Assembly (NCBI RefSeq): GCF_964355755.1
Contig: NC_092672.1
Location: 33,300,437-33,364,436, forward strand
Direction of reading: 5' to 3'
From: Antedon mediterranea
Taxonomy: Eukaryota > Animalia > Echinodermata
Length of the DNA stretch: 64,000 nucleotides
Below, in pieces: positions 47,501 through 60,200 of the stretch. Made by a program: the position numbers and the translations under genes. The notes beneath the pieces are model-generated. The model worked only from the letters and a program-made list of their open reading frames with translations, ran no database searches and had not been told where the DNA came from. Positions within the stretch are counted from its first letter, which is position 1. The number at the start of each line of letters is the position of its first letter.

Positions 47501-50500
47501 TATTTGAAATACTACTCAGTAGTTTTAATTTATCTTAGTATAAGTACAATTATGACACGCCATGTATGCCAAAATATTGTCACCGTCAACAATACAGTAG
47601 AATCTAAAGTAATTGCAGCCTGTATCTTAATCTTAATAATCCAGTAAGTATAAGATTACCCTGTACGTACTGTTTGTTAGCAGATCACGTGGTAAAGTTA
47701 TGGATTGGTAATCCCCGCATCCTCCATCAACGCAAACCTCAGTATTTTTCTTATCTTGTTGCACAGCGAATACAACATCGTGTCTAAGATTATCAGAGTC
47801 AAAACTTAAAGTCTGCACAGACAGCGTTTCTTCATTCTGAGTATAATTCTGACCATCAGTGGCTGCCGTACTAATTTGTTGCTCAAAAGACTCAAGAATG
47901 ACAGATGTTGTCTCAGGAGGGAGATCAGTGTCTGACGAATCAGATGAGAGCACTGCATCTACAGTACCAACTACTGCATCAGTGACCTGAACAATAATCA
48001 TTATACTGTAATGGATGGTTTATACAACATTGTGCTTTTTTTTTAATGGATTGAAATGGAAGCTAATTAGACAAGTATATAATAAAGAATAGTACATATT
48101 GTGTTTATAGTTTGCTATTTTCTGAATATTGAAGAAATATAAATAATCTATTGTATAGTCAAAAGCAACTTGCCAAACATTTTCTTTGTCACAAGCTATT
48201 TTGTATTAATTATTTTGAACTGTTTTAAATGGGTCAAACCTCAGTGTTTCTGTCAATGGTAGAATAGTATAGTAACAATATTTAATTTGAGGTTATCTAT
48301 ATTTTTACAGAGCTAAACATTTACCTTGTTATCCAACTCTAGCAAACCTTATGTAGTTAGCTACAAAATCTAAAATAGCAACACAAACATACAACCATAT
48401 CTGTTGGCACTGTAGATACTAAAGTTAAATTTACAGTAATTGACCTTTGCTTGACTAAACAATTTGTTTTGTTTGCAACCAGCACATTTTCAACCAGACC
48501 AACACTTAATATAAACAATCTACAACCTGGCATATTTACTAATAGTTTTTGCCACATATTTAAACCGTTATTTTCTATCTCAGTTTCAATTCAGTTAAAT
48601 GTTCAATTTATTTTTTAACTTACATTTTCATTTGTTGATTCAGTGTCAGTTATTGTTTCCAGAGCTACGGATACTTCTTGTATATCAGCCGGTTGAAGGT
48701 CACCAGAGTTCTCTGCGTTCTCTACTATTTCCTCAAGCTCAACAGCAACCTCTTCCACATTCTCTTCATCAACGTTCTAATAATTCAAAATACTAGTTTT
48801 ATTTAAATGATTTTAGCATGAGCACTCCATAGACTACTGTACTTTATGAACTACAAAATAATCGTACTGTAAAGGGCTCTATAAGTAGGCCTACTATAAG
48901 TAAAATTGAAAACTGAAATGGTTAAATACTGTACCATTAAAATAAATAAAAAGATTTATCCTAATCCTACCTTTGTGAGATTTCTAATTTCAGTAGATAG
49001 ACCAGTTTCTAAAATAAGTAAAATTATAGGTTACTTCAATGTATACTGTGACAATCTTTTTTTAAATCGATATTGAAAAAAATAAACACATTTTTTATAA
49101 TGATACTGTATTTAAGTGTTACTACCATTAGGGCTATAAATGTGTGGTTATCTAGAAATCCATAGACAAAAAGTTTGTATAATTTTGTTATTCATCTATT
49201 GTTCTTCCGGCCGTTACTACTACAATAAATTACTACTAAAATGAATCCAAAACTTACCAACAGTTATGTAAAATGAGCAACTATCTTGCTGTCTGACAAC
49301 GTCTATTGTAGTACATGTGACTTTTGTGATTGATCCTATTGGATAAGAGTCTCCTGGGTTACTTGTACAATCAACCGGTGGTGGCGGTGTTTCATCATCG
49401 TTTGCTATTGGTATTATCCAATCAGGAGATGTATCTGTCGATGATATGTCACCGGGGCATTCGATTGTTGGTGGGATGTTACCTGCCATAACATGAAATA
49501 GATACTGTACGAATAACATATTACTTTATACATTAATATTATTTTAAAAACATTATAACAAATTATATTAGGTTTGTTAATAATATATAAATAATAATTA
49601 TAATACTGAATTTATTACATGACATAATGTGTAAAATAACTTGATTTGAGAAGAAGCAAAGAAATAAAATAAACCTTTAGTTGTCGGCTGTTGTTCTGAC
49701 GTCGTTGATATTGGTTGCGCAGATGTTGATTTTCTTGTAACATTTTTCGAAGAAGTGCTTGGTATTCCTGTTGTGTTTAACGTTGTTCCCAATACTGCTG
49801 TTGTAATCGGTGAAAAAGTTGTTGGTGTATTTAAAGTACCATTGTTGTGTGACGTAGTGTTTGAAACTCTTGTTGTCAATGGTTCAGGAGTTAGTGGTTC
49901 CGGTGTTGGTGTATTTGAAGTACCATTGGTTTGTGACGTAGTGTTTGATATTCCTGTTGTAAACGGTTCAGACGTTGTTGGCTCCGGTGTTGGTGCATTT
50001 GAAGTACCATTAGTTTGTGACGTAGTGTTTGATATTCCTGTTGTAAGCGGTTCAGGCGTTGTTGGCTCCGGTGTTGTTGTATTTGAAGTACCATTAGTTT
50101 GTGACGTAGTGTTTGATATTCCTGTTGTAAGCGGTTCAGGCGTTGTTGGCTCCGGTGTTGGTGTATTTGAAGTACCATTGGTTTGTGACGTAGTGTTTGA
50201 TATTCCTGTTGTAAGCGGTTCAGGCGTTGTTGGCTCCGGTGTTGGTGTATTTGAAGTACCATTAGTTTGTGACGTAGTGTTTGATATTTCTGTTCTAAAT
50301 GGTTCAGACGTTGTTGGCTCCAGTGTTGTTGTATTTGAAGTACCATTGGTTTGTGACGTAGTGTTTGATATTCCTGTTGTAAACGGTTCAGACGTTGTTG
50401 GCTCCGGTGTTGGTGCATTTGAAGTACCATTAGTTTGTGACGTAGTGTTTGATATTTCTGTTGTAAGCGGTTCAGGCGTTGTTGGCTCCGGAGTTGGTGC

Positions 50501-53500
50501 ATTTGAAGTACGATTGGTTTGTGACGTAGTATTTGATATTCCTGTTCTAAATGGTTCTGAAGTTGTTGGCTCCGATGTTGGTGTATTTGAAGTAACATTG
50601 TTTTGTGACGTGGTGTATGATATTTTTGTTGTAAGCGGTTCAAAAGTTGTCGGCTCTGGTGTTGTTGTATTTGAAGTACCATTGGTTTGTGACGTGGTGT
50701 ATGATATTTCTGTTGTAAGCGGTTCGAAAGTTGTCGGCTCCGGTGTTGATGCATTTGAAATACCATTGTTTTGTGACGTGGTGTATGCTATTTCTGTTGT
50801 AAATGGTATAGACGTTGTTAGTTCTGGTGTTTGTGTATTTGAAGTATCATTGTTTTGTGACGTGGTGTTTGATAATACTGCTGTAAGCGGTTCAAAGGTT
50901 GTTGGCTCCGGTGTTGGTGTATTTGAAGTACCATTGGTTTGTGACGTAGTGTTTGATATTTCTGTTGTAAGCGGTTCAGGCGTTGTTGGCTCCGGTGTTG
51001 GTGTATTTGAAGTATCATTGGTCTGTGACGTAGTGTTTGATATTCCTGTTGTAAGCGGTTCAGGCGTTGTTGGCTCCGGTGTTGGTGTATTTGAAGTATC
51101 ATTGGTCTGTGACGTAGTGTTTGATAATACTGTTGTAAGCGGTTCAGGCGTTGTTGGCTCCGGTGTTGGTGTATTTGAAGTATCACTGTTTTGTGACGTA
51201 GTGTTTGATAATACTGTTGTAAGCGGTTCAGGCGTTGTTGGCTCCGGTGTTGGTGTATTTGAAGTATCATTGGTCTGTGACGTAGTGTTTGATATTCCTG
51301 TTGTAAGCGGTTCAGGCGTTGTTGGCTCCGGTGTTGGTGTATTTGAAGTATCATTGTTTTGTGACGTAGTGTTTGGTATTCCTGTTGTAAGCGGTTCAAA
51401 GGTTGTCGGCTCCGGTGTTGTTGTATTTGAAGTATCATTGTTTTGTGACGTAGTGTTTGATATTCCTGTTGTAAACGGTTCAGACGTTGTTGGCTCCGGT
51501 GTTGGTGCATTTGAAGTACCATTAGTTTGTGACGTAGTGTTTGATATTTCTGTTGTAAGCGGTTCAGGCGTTGTTGGCTCCGGAGTTGGTGCATTTGAAG
51601 TACGATTGGTTTGTGACGTAGTATTTGATATTCCTGTTCTAAATGGTTCTGAAGTTGTTGGCTCCGATTTTGGTGTATTTGAAGTAACATTGTTTTGTGA
51701 CGTGGTGTATGATATTTTTGTTGTAAGCGGTTCAAAAGTTGTCGGCTCTGGTGTTGTTGTATTTGAAGTACCATTGGTTTGTGACGTGGTGTATGATATT
51801 TCTGTTGTAAGCGGTTCGAAAGTTGTCGGCTCCGGTGTTGATGCATTTGAAATACCATTGTTTTGTGACGTGGTGTATGCTATTTCTGTTGTAAATGGTA
51901 TAGACGTTGTTAGTTCTGGTGTTTGTGTATTTGAAGTATCATTGTTTTGTGACGTGGTGTTTGATAATACTGCTGTAAGCGGTTCAAAGGTTGTTGGCTC
52001 CGGTGTTGGTGTATTTGAAGTACCATTGGTTTGTGACGTAGTGTTTGATATTTCTGTTGTAAGCGGTTCAGGCGTTGTTGGCTCCGGTGTTGGTGTATTT
52101 GAAGTATCATTGGTCTGTGACGTAGTGTTTGATATTCCTGTTGTAAGCGGTTCAGGCGTTGTTGGCTCCGGTGTTGGTGTATTTGAAGTATCATTGGTCT
52201 GTGACGTAGTGTTTGATAATACTGTTGTAAGCGGTTCAGGCGTTGTTGGCTCCGGTGTTGGTGTATTTGAAGTATCACTGTTTTGTGACGTAGTGTTTGA
52301 TAATACTGTTGTAAGCGGTTCAGGCGTTGTTGGCTCCGGTGTTGGTGTATTTGAAGTATCATTGGTCTGTGACGTAGTGTTTGATATTCCTGTTGTAAGC
52401 GGTTCAGGCGTTGTTGGCTCCGGTGTTGGTGTATTTGAAGTATCATTGTTTTGTGACGTAGTGTTTGGTATTCCTGTTGTAAGCGGTTCAAAGGTTGTCG
52501 GCTCCGGTGTTGTTGTATTTGAAGTATCATTGTTTTGTGACGTAGTGTTTGATATTCCTGTTGTAAACGGTTCAGACGTTGTTGGCTCCGGTGTTGGTGC
52601 ATTTGAAGTACCATTAGTTTGTGACGTAGTGTTTGATATTTCTGTTGTAAGCGGTTCAGGCGTTGTTGGCTCCGGAGTTGGTGCATTTGAAGTACGATTG
52701 GTTTGTGACGTAGTATTTGATATTCCTGTTCTAAATGGTTCTGAAGTTGTTGGCTCCGATGTTGGTGTATTTGAAGTAACATTGTTTTGTGACGTGGTGT
52801 ATGATATTTTTGTTGTAAGCGGTTCAAAAGTTGTCGGCTCTGGTGTTGTTGTATTTGAAGTACCATTGGTTTGTGACGTGGTGTATGATATTTCTGTTGT
52901 AAGCGGTTCGAAAGTTGTCGGCTCCGGTGTTGATGCATTTGAAATACCATTGTTTTGTGACGTGGTGTATGCTATTTCTGTTGTAAATGGTATAGACGTT
53001 GTTAGTTCTGGTGTTTGTGTATTTGAAGTATCACTGTTTTGTGACGTAGTGTTTGATATTCCTGTTGTAAGCGGTTCAAAGGTTGTCGGCTCCGGTGTTG
53101 TTGTATTTGAAGTATCATTGGTCTGTGACGTAGTGTTTGATATTTCTGTTGTAAACGGTTCAGACGTTGTTGGCTCCGGTGTTGTTGTATTTGAAGTATC
53201 ATTGGTCTGTGACGTAGTGTTTGGTATTCCTGTTGTAAGCGGTTCAAAAGTTGTCGGCTCTGGTGTTGTTGCATTTGAAGTATCATTGTTTTGTGACGTA
53301 GTGTTTGATATTTCTGTTGTAAGCGGTTCAGGCATTGTTGGCTCCAGTGTTGTTGTATTTGAAGTATCACTGGTCTGTGACGTAGTGTTTGGTATTCCTG
53401 TTGTAAGCGGTTCAAAAGTTGTCGGCTCTGGTGTTGTTGCATTTGAAGTATCATTGTTTTGTGACGTAGTGTTTGATATTTCTGTTGTAAGCGGTTCAAA

Positions 53501-55462
53501 AGTTGTCGGCTCTGGTGTTGTTGCATTTGAAGTATCATTGTTTTGTGACGTAGTGTTTGATATTCCTGTTGTAAGCGGTTCAAAAGTTGTCGGCTCTGGT
53601 GTTGTTGCATTTGAAGTATCATTGTTTTGTGACTTAGTGTTTGATAATACTGTTGTAAGCGGTTCAAAGGTTGTCGGCTCCGGTGTTTTTGTATTTGAAG
53701 TACCATTAGTTTGTGACGTAGTGTTTGATATTCCTGTTGTAAGCGGTTCAGGCGTTGTTGGCTCTGGTGTTGTTGTATTTGAAGTACCATTGGTTTGTGA
53801 CGTAGTGTTTGATATTTCTGTTGTAAACGGTTCAGACGTTGTTGGCTCTGGTGTTGTTGTATTTGAAGTACCATTGGTTTGTGACGTAGTGTTTGATATT
53901 TCTGTTGTAAACGGTTCAGACGTTGTTGGCTCCGGTGTTGTTGTATTTGAAGTACCATTAGTTTGTGACGTAGTGTTTGATATTCCTGTTGTAAGCGGTT
54001 CAGGCGTTGTTGGCTCTGGTGTTGTTGTATTTGAAGTACCATTAGTTTGTGACGTAGTGTTTGATATTCCTGTTGTAAGCGGTTCAGGCGTTGTTGGCTC
54101 CGGTGTTGGTGCATTTGAAGTACCATTGGTTTGTGACGTGGTATATGATATTTCTGTTGTAAGCGGTTCAAAAGTTGTCGGCTCTCGTGTTGTTGTATTT
54201 GAAGTATCATTGTTTTGTGACGTAGTGTTTGATATTCCTGTTGTAAGCGGTTCAGGCGTTGTTGGCTCCGGTGTTGGTGTATTTGAAGTACTATTGGTTT
54301 GTGACGTAGTGATCGAAACTCTTGTGGTCAATCGTTCAAGCATTGTTGGTTCCGGTGTTGGTGTATTTGTAGTACCATTGTCTTGTAACATAGTGGTTAA
54401 TGAATCTGTTGTCCACGGTTCAAAAGTTGTTGACTCTGTTATCGTTATAATTGAAGTACCACTGCTCTGTGACGTAGGATTCGAATCTGTTGTAATTGGT
54501 TCATACGTTGTTGCTTTTATGGTTGAATCTGTTGATTTAAGAGCCATTTTTTATTTAAAAGAAGTAATTATAATAAATACATTGTCTGTCGTATTAACTA
54601 TTACCAACAATAGTCATGAACATTATTGCTTTTGTGATTAAATTTAACTGATATTTTTTAAATATGAAAATATTTAATTTATGGTAAATCGTCTTAATCC
54701 TTATAAAAGAAAATATAATAATGAAACAATATTCATTAAGTTATGAAATATCAAATGTAAGCCTACTGTTGATTCTCATTACAAATTTATTGTCAAAAGA
54801 TCAAAAGAAAGACCGATCACAACATGGATCGCAAACATTCATAGAGGAACTCGCCGACTTATATAACAACGTACAGAATGGCGAGTGTGAGACGCACAAT
54901 GTCTAAATACTCGCGTTTAAGGAGAAAATACTGTATAAAATACAGCATAGTGTCTTCTACTGCAGTTACTGTTGGTTAACTAAATGTTTGCTTACTATTT
55001 AACACGTAAATTAAATCATTAGCAGGGTTAATTTCATTGTAATTTTTCTTAAACATCTTTTCAAAATCAAATTACAATAACTGAAATATACTTCTATTAA
55101 TTCGTCAAAAATTCGAAACATCGTCTGGTCTGAACCATCAACATACTCATAAAAGAATAATTTCTTTGTAAACAAAATTGATAGTTTTGATTTTGGAGTT
55201 TGAGTTTGGAAAAGAATAAAATATTAATGTTGTTTTCCTGGAATATATTTCCCAATTCAGTGTTATTTATTCAACGTTTTTGTTTTTTATATGTATCATA
55301 TACATTTAATTTAACAATATTTAAAATAAGAAACATTGTTTGTCTCTGAGAGCTTTTAGTTAAACCCGGGTTGTTCTACCAAATCATATTACATTAATCT
55401 TACTTACCAGACAAAACTGATACAACAATGACAAGTACTGCTTCAAAATGTGATATAGCCAT
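44573..55462 (-). CDS. Gene C: adhesion GPCR, signal peptide-giant mucin-HYR-GAIN/GPS-7TM (intact, 12 exons)
   Basis: Signal exon 55462-55408 (MAISHFEAVLVIVVSVLS). Mucin 54528-49675. HYR 49482-49258. GAIN 49008-48971, 48776-48624, 47986-47671, 47223-47054. GPS 46916-46761 (CTHL|TNFAVLF). 7TM 46466-46351, 46149-45884, 45616-45550, 45116-44573. All exon phases are compatible. Confidence 0.92.
49860..54400 (-). repeat. Coding 84-bp VNTR (about 54 units) with a 1,092-bp higher-order repeat
   Basis: 28-aa unit EPTTPEPLTTGISNTTSQTNGTSNTTTP. The variant unit ELTTSIPF recurs at 50818, 51910 and 53002 (13 x 84 bp). Confidence 0.95.
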
Positions 55463-56839
55463 TGTCGCCGGATTCGCGTTATATCGCGTAACTCTCCTGC
55501 CAGTAGGATGTGTATCTGCTAAATGCGACTGATAATGAATTTCTTTTGTAACACAATAATTACCACACTGATAAGTCATGCCGGATCTGGAGTACTATTG
55601 GTTACTTGCTTAAACAAATCGCCAATAAACACCTTTGATTGGTTAATGATTACTGCCTAAATAAGTATTTACACTGAGTAATCTATGTTTACTCCACTTG
55701 AGGAACAAGATTGGAATAATTGTTCATTATATTTGTTTTTACAGAAGTTATGCAGGTTACTCTTTATAATGATACATTTATTACTCAATCACACAAACCA
55801 TAATGAACATGTTTTCATCAATGAACTCTAATAATTATGAAATCATCATAAATCCGGCTTGCTTGTTATTGAGTCACAAGGCATTTATTGGTTTTGTAAA
55901 TGGTTTTTATGTCCGTTTATGACCCTTGTGTGTAATCTAAGTCCCGTGCGAAGCAAAACATTGAAACTCCAAAAGAAGCCCATCTCTGCAAAGGTAATCA
56001 CGAAAAGAAGCCCATCTCGAATCATCTTCTTTACAAGCACGAGGTTTGACGATAATTGAAATACACAATAACATATTAAACTTGCATGTTTTATAGTTGT
56101 CTAGTGCACTGTCTACACTATCAAACTAGTTTGACAAAAAAGTGTGATGTGCCCAAATATGGTAATGATGTAACCAAATATGGTAGTGATATGACATCAT
56201 CATGTCCATATATGGGAAGATCTTTATTTTTGTTGTCATAAAGTTTGATAGTGTAGACAGATCTTAAGTAGTGGTTATTAAATTCTTGAAAATGATTAAA
56301 ATACAGATTAGATAAATATCTAAGTTGAATTCTTAAAATCTGTCTCTTTTTTGGAGTTACAGTTAGTAAAACTATTGACGCGGTGTAGTCGATCGCTTAG
56401 CGAAAACGTAACATTTACAAGCGATTGTATTTGATAGGGAAACCATAGCAGGCGGAAACGCTCTTTATCGTAATTCCCATCAAGCAGCTTTGTGTGCGTG
56501 TGACTTATCGTAGTTTTTCTATAATAATTCAGTGAATTCAGTTTTAAAAACCAGATAACATTGTTGTTAACATAATAATCAGAGGAGACTTCTATATAAT
56601 CTCTTGTCGGTTTTCCTCCAATAGAGTAAATAAGTTTATTCCGACAAAATAATGTTATCAACAAAATATGTATTTACATTGAATGTATACTGTTTATTTA
56701 GTTCAAGTTCTGAATAATAACATTGCAACACTGACACTATCATCCAGTACCAATAATCTGCACTACGGAAAAAAAAATTGCGCAATATTGTAATTATCCT
56801 TTATTGTTGATATATTAGTTCTGAACAGAACTGTTGAGT

Positions 56840-56887
56840 TTCTCGACGTTTCGATCAATATGCTTGATCGTCCTCAGGAGTGAGAAT
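56840..56887 (-). ncRNA. Minimal type I hammerhead ribozyme motif (Penelope-like element type)
   Basis: Minus strand reads CTC-CTGAGGA-C-GATCAA(GCATA)TTGATC-GAAA-C-GTC-GAG. This gives the conserved core, a 6-bp stem II, a palindromic minimal stem III and a CTC/GAG stem I. Confidence 0.7.
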
Positions 56888-57248
56888 GTAGAAAGTCCAG
56901 GAAACTTGGAATATAAGTGGAAAAGGGTGGGATTGGTGTGAAAGCCAGAAATAATGGCAAGTTCACACAGTGGGAGGGATTGAAACTAGCTATAGAAGAG
57001 CATTGTTTCTCATTATCCTTTAATGACCCGATCAATAATATAAATGGTAATTGGGCAGGCACCCCTCTCCCCCTTCCCTTTGCTGGGGAAGACTAATTCC
57101 AATTGTAAGATTGAAAATTGATAAAAGTTGCATATTTATTAGGAGCAAGCTATAAGTTGGTTTTCATTCTCATACAAATAGTATTCATATACACAAACTG
57201 ATTGTTTAATGTTACAAAATGCTGATCCATTCCACAAAGTGCAGCAGT

Positions 57249-60200
57249 TTAAACGGATGTGGGCGTGCTTGTATGGAACCGCTCGACCAAATAGCTATCG
57301 TATTGGTCATTATCTTCTTCACTACTTTCAAATGCTGGATTTTCTACCTCAGCTGTAAAGGTACCAGTAAAGTGATTTCTCTGAGATGTCATAGTTGGTA
57401 CTGTTGAATTAGATAATTGTACACTGTTGTTAGGCCTACTGTTGGTAGCCGTTCTATGTAAATAATTAACATTGGATAATTGTTGCGGTAAGTACCTATT
57501 CGTGTAACGTTTCTTTACATCTTTAAATTCTTGTTGTCTGAACGTAAACAAAACAAATATTGAAACTCCCTGGAAAGAATTAAACACACAGAACAAAATT
57601 AGAAATACATGGTCAGCTTTGCTATCAAAAGACAGAAATCCAAAAACCCATGTAAAGCCTAAGAGGAACGATATAGCGATAGAGTTGAAGACTCTTTTTT
57701 TAATTTCATCTAGAGTTACATCTTTTGTCGGCAATGTGTTAGATCGCGAGCAGTATAAACTTTTAAGAACCAATACGAATATAATAGAGTTAAAACAGAT
57801 GGCAATTGCGATTGGAATAAGAACAGCGTAGATGAAGACGTCGAATTCCTTTGTGTTGAGATAACAGCTGTAAGACAATATAAATTAGTTTTTAGTATTT
57901 CAGTATTTCAGTATTTATTGGTACTCACTTTAGAATCAGTGGCACACACCTTTCGGTGGTGCGTCCATACAAATATAAACAACAACATATAAAAGGTAAA
58001 TGATGATAACACTTACATAATTAACTTACATTGAAACCCCACCCCCCCCCCCAAAAAAAAACAAAAAAAAAACATAACAAAACAAAAAACAAATGTACAG
58101 TAGTAATGTCATAATAATAGTAAAGTACAGTAGTCAAGTTTCCAGTTTAATATGGTCCTGTCCAATAGAAAATGTCCAAAATAGTCAAGGACCAATAGAC
58201 AATGCCCTATAGATATTAACGGTCATTAAAAATCAATAGTTTATTATTATTATTATTAATTTGTACTATATAGGTTTATTTTCAATGAAGCATAACGAAT
58301 ATTGGTCATTCAGGCATTCTGGCTGATTAAGTCTCGCGCGTCCTATTTGTATGCAAATGATCAAGACAAGCACGAACTGCACATGCTCAGAAAATTGTCA
58401 TGTGTGATATTTTGCAGACGTTGCATACTGTAAACTTGTTTTAAATTTAAAATATATTAATTTATTTTATAATAGTATGGATACTTGGAATTCATAATAG
58501 TATTTAATTTCATCATTGTTAGTTTTAGTAGGTTGTTAAAACACACATAAATGTTATCGGATAGAATGCATTAAAAGACACTTACTAGTCATTGTTTTCA
58601 TAGAAAGACACATCTATTGTTAGTAGAACTACCGGGGGTATGCACGGAATACCTAGAAAAAGTAGATACATATTTTTAGAGTTTATCCCTGTAAATGTAT
58701 GGCTTTTTGATAACAATGGTAGATAAAACGAATTATATAACACGGTACGCCAATGTAAACCGTGTCATATTAATGTGTGAGTGCATTCAGTACATAATCA
58801 ATCATGCATATCAAGGTGTATTCTTTCGTGACGTCATTGAGGATATTTTGTGTATTCATTAAAACATAAAATATTAGATTAGGATTGATTTATCATAAAA
58901 AGTCGGTAACATTACAAAACATCACTGCCAACATCTATAAACAAATATCGTACTTACCCCAAGCGAAAATCATTGAAAACCACAAAAACTTGGCGGTCTT
59001 AACGTTGAAAACTTTAACAAATAACAAATACATATTGACTGCTTCCATGGATGTCCATGCGACAGACGTCAACAGAAAGTAATGTAACAATACAGCTATT
59101 GTTGTACAAGCTACAGTTTCTGGAGTTGCAGTATCAATGCCACATATGAATGTGATATACAGACAAGTTAGTGAGATGGAAAGGTTTAACAGTATTTTCT
59201 GAGGTTGACGTTTGCGAAGAGTTCTGTTGAAAAAGTTATGTATTTGGTGTTATTGGACACGTAGTGTATAAACTATAGTGTTAGGTCATTCGTATAGTCA
59301 CCCAGACATGTTTAAACTACGTGAATTGGGTGCGCTCATCAGCATTCATGATTCAATTGCCTAATTTTTCCTGGATGAATAGCACACTATAACTTTGTCC
59401 AGGCAATTTAGTAAACGTTTTACTTCAGTAATTAATTATGCCTGAGCAAATTAGCTTTAAAAAGGACTGTAGCTTACTTTATTGATAGACTGACAACGAT
59501 TGTCATTAGTAGGCACAATATTGACATCACACATCCTACATACGTCACTATGTTCAAAAACACTTCAAACGTGTACGCCAATTTATTATCAAACTGAAAA
59601 CATTTTAAAGAAATGAAATTACTCGAACGTTTTTTAATTGTTGATACCGATTTTTAATTTAACTTAAATGAAAAAAGAAACGTGAAACTTACAAATAAAA
59701 TTGCAAAATTTGTAAGATGTGTACAGTTACATATAATACTGCCATCGTTGTCGTCCATACCAATAAGCGTGCATCCCTCTTCTGACCAATCACCAAAGTC
59801 GTTAAGAGTTGTATTCCAAAACACACAGGTAGCATTTTGATTTGCATAAGCCTGCTCAAAATAAAACATATGCAAATACTTGGTGGTGGTTAGCTTGATT
59901 CCCAATTAGACGCAACCCAATAGCGTAAGCGCGTATGAGTAATTTGACAAACTTATGGATCATCCAAACTGACCCTTGTGATTGGTCAAGCTAACCAAGC
60001 TTGAGAGAATGTGTGCGGGTTAACCTAAAACGCATCTCAAAAATAAAAAAACATAAACACTGTACCTTAGGAATATTGAAGACAATTTTAACAGGTTCTT
60101 CAAACACGGGTGGAAGGCTGTCGTCATACACAGTTGCTGATAGAATAACATCGGATAGGTTGAGATTTCCAGAACTAGATGACTGGAACAATTTTGAATT

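Noticed and set aside
39597-48796. + strand ORFs at 39597, 41233, 44871 and 48599
   Set aside because: They are antisense to aGPCR exons, and their mutual similarity only reflects paralogy of the minus-strand genes.
49891-54210. Gln/His/Arg-rich minus-strand ORFs of 291-402 aa
   Set aside because: These are an alternative frame of the same repeat, and their stops recur with the 1,092-bp period.
49755-54641. 1,628-aa Val/Gly-rich + strand ORF
   Set aside because: It is the antisense shadow of the mucin VNTR. A stop-free 84-bp unit stays open when repeated, and the minus-strand frame has the splice sites and gene context.
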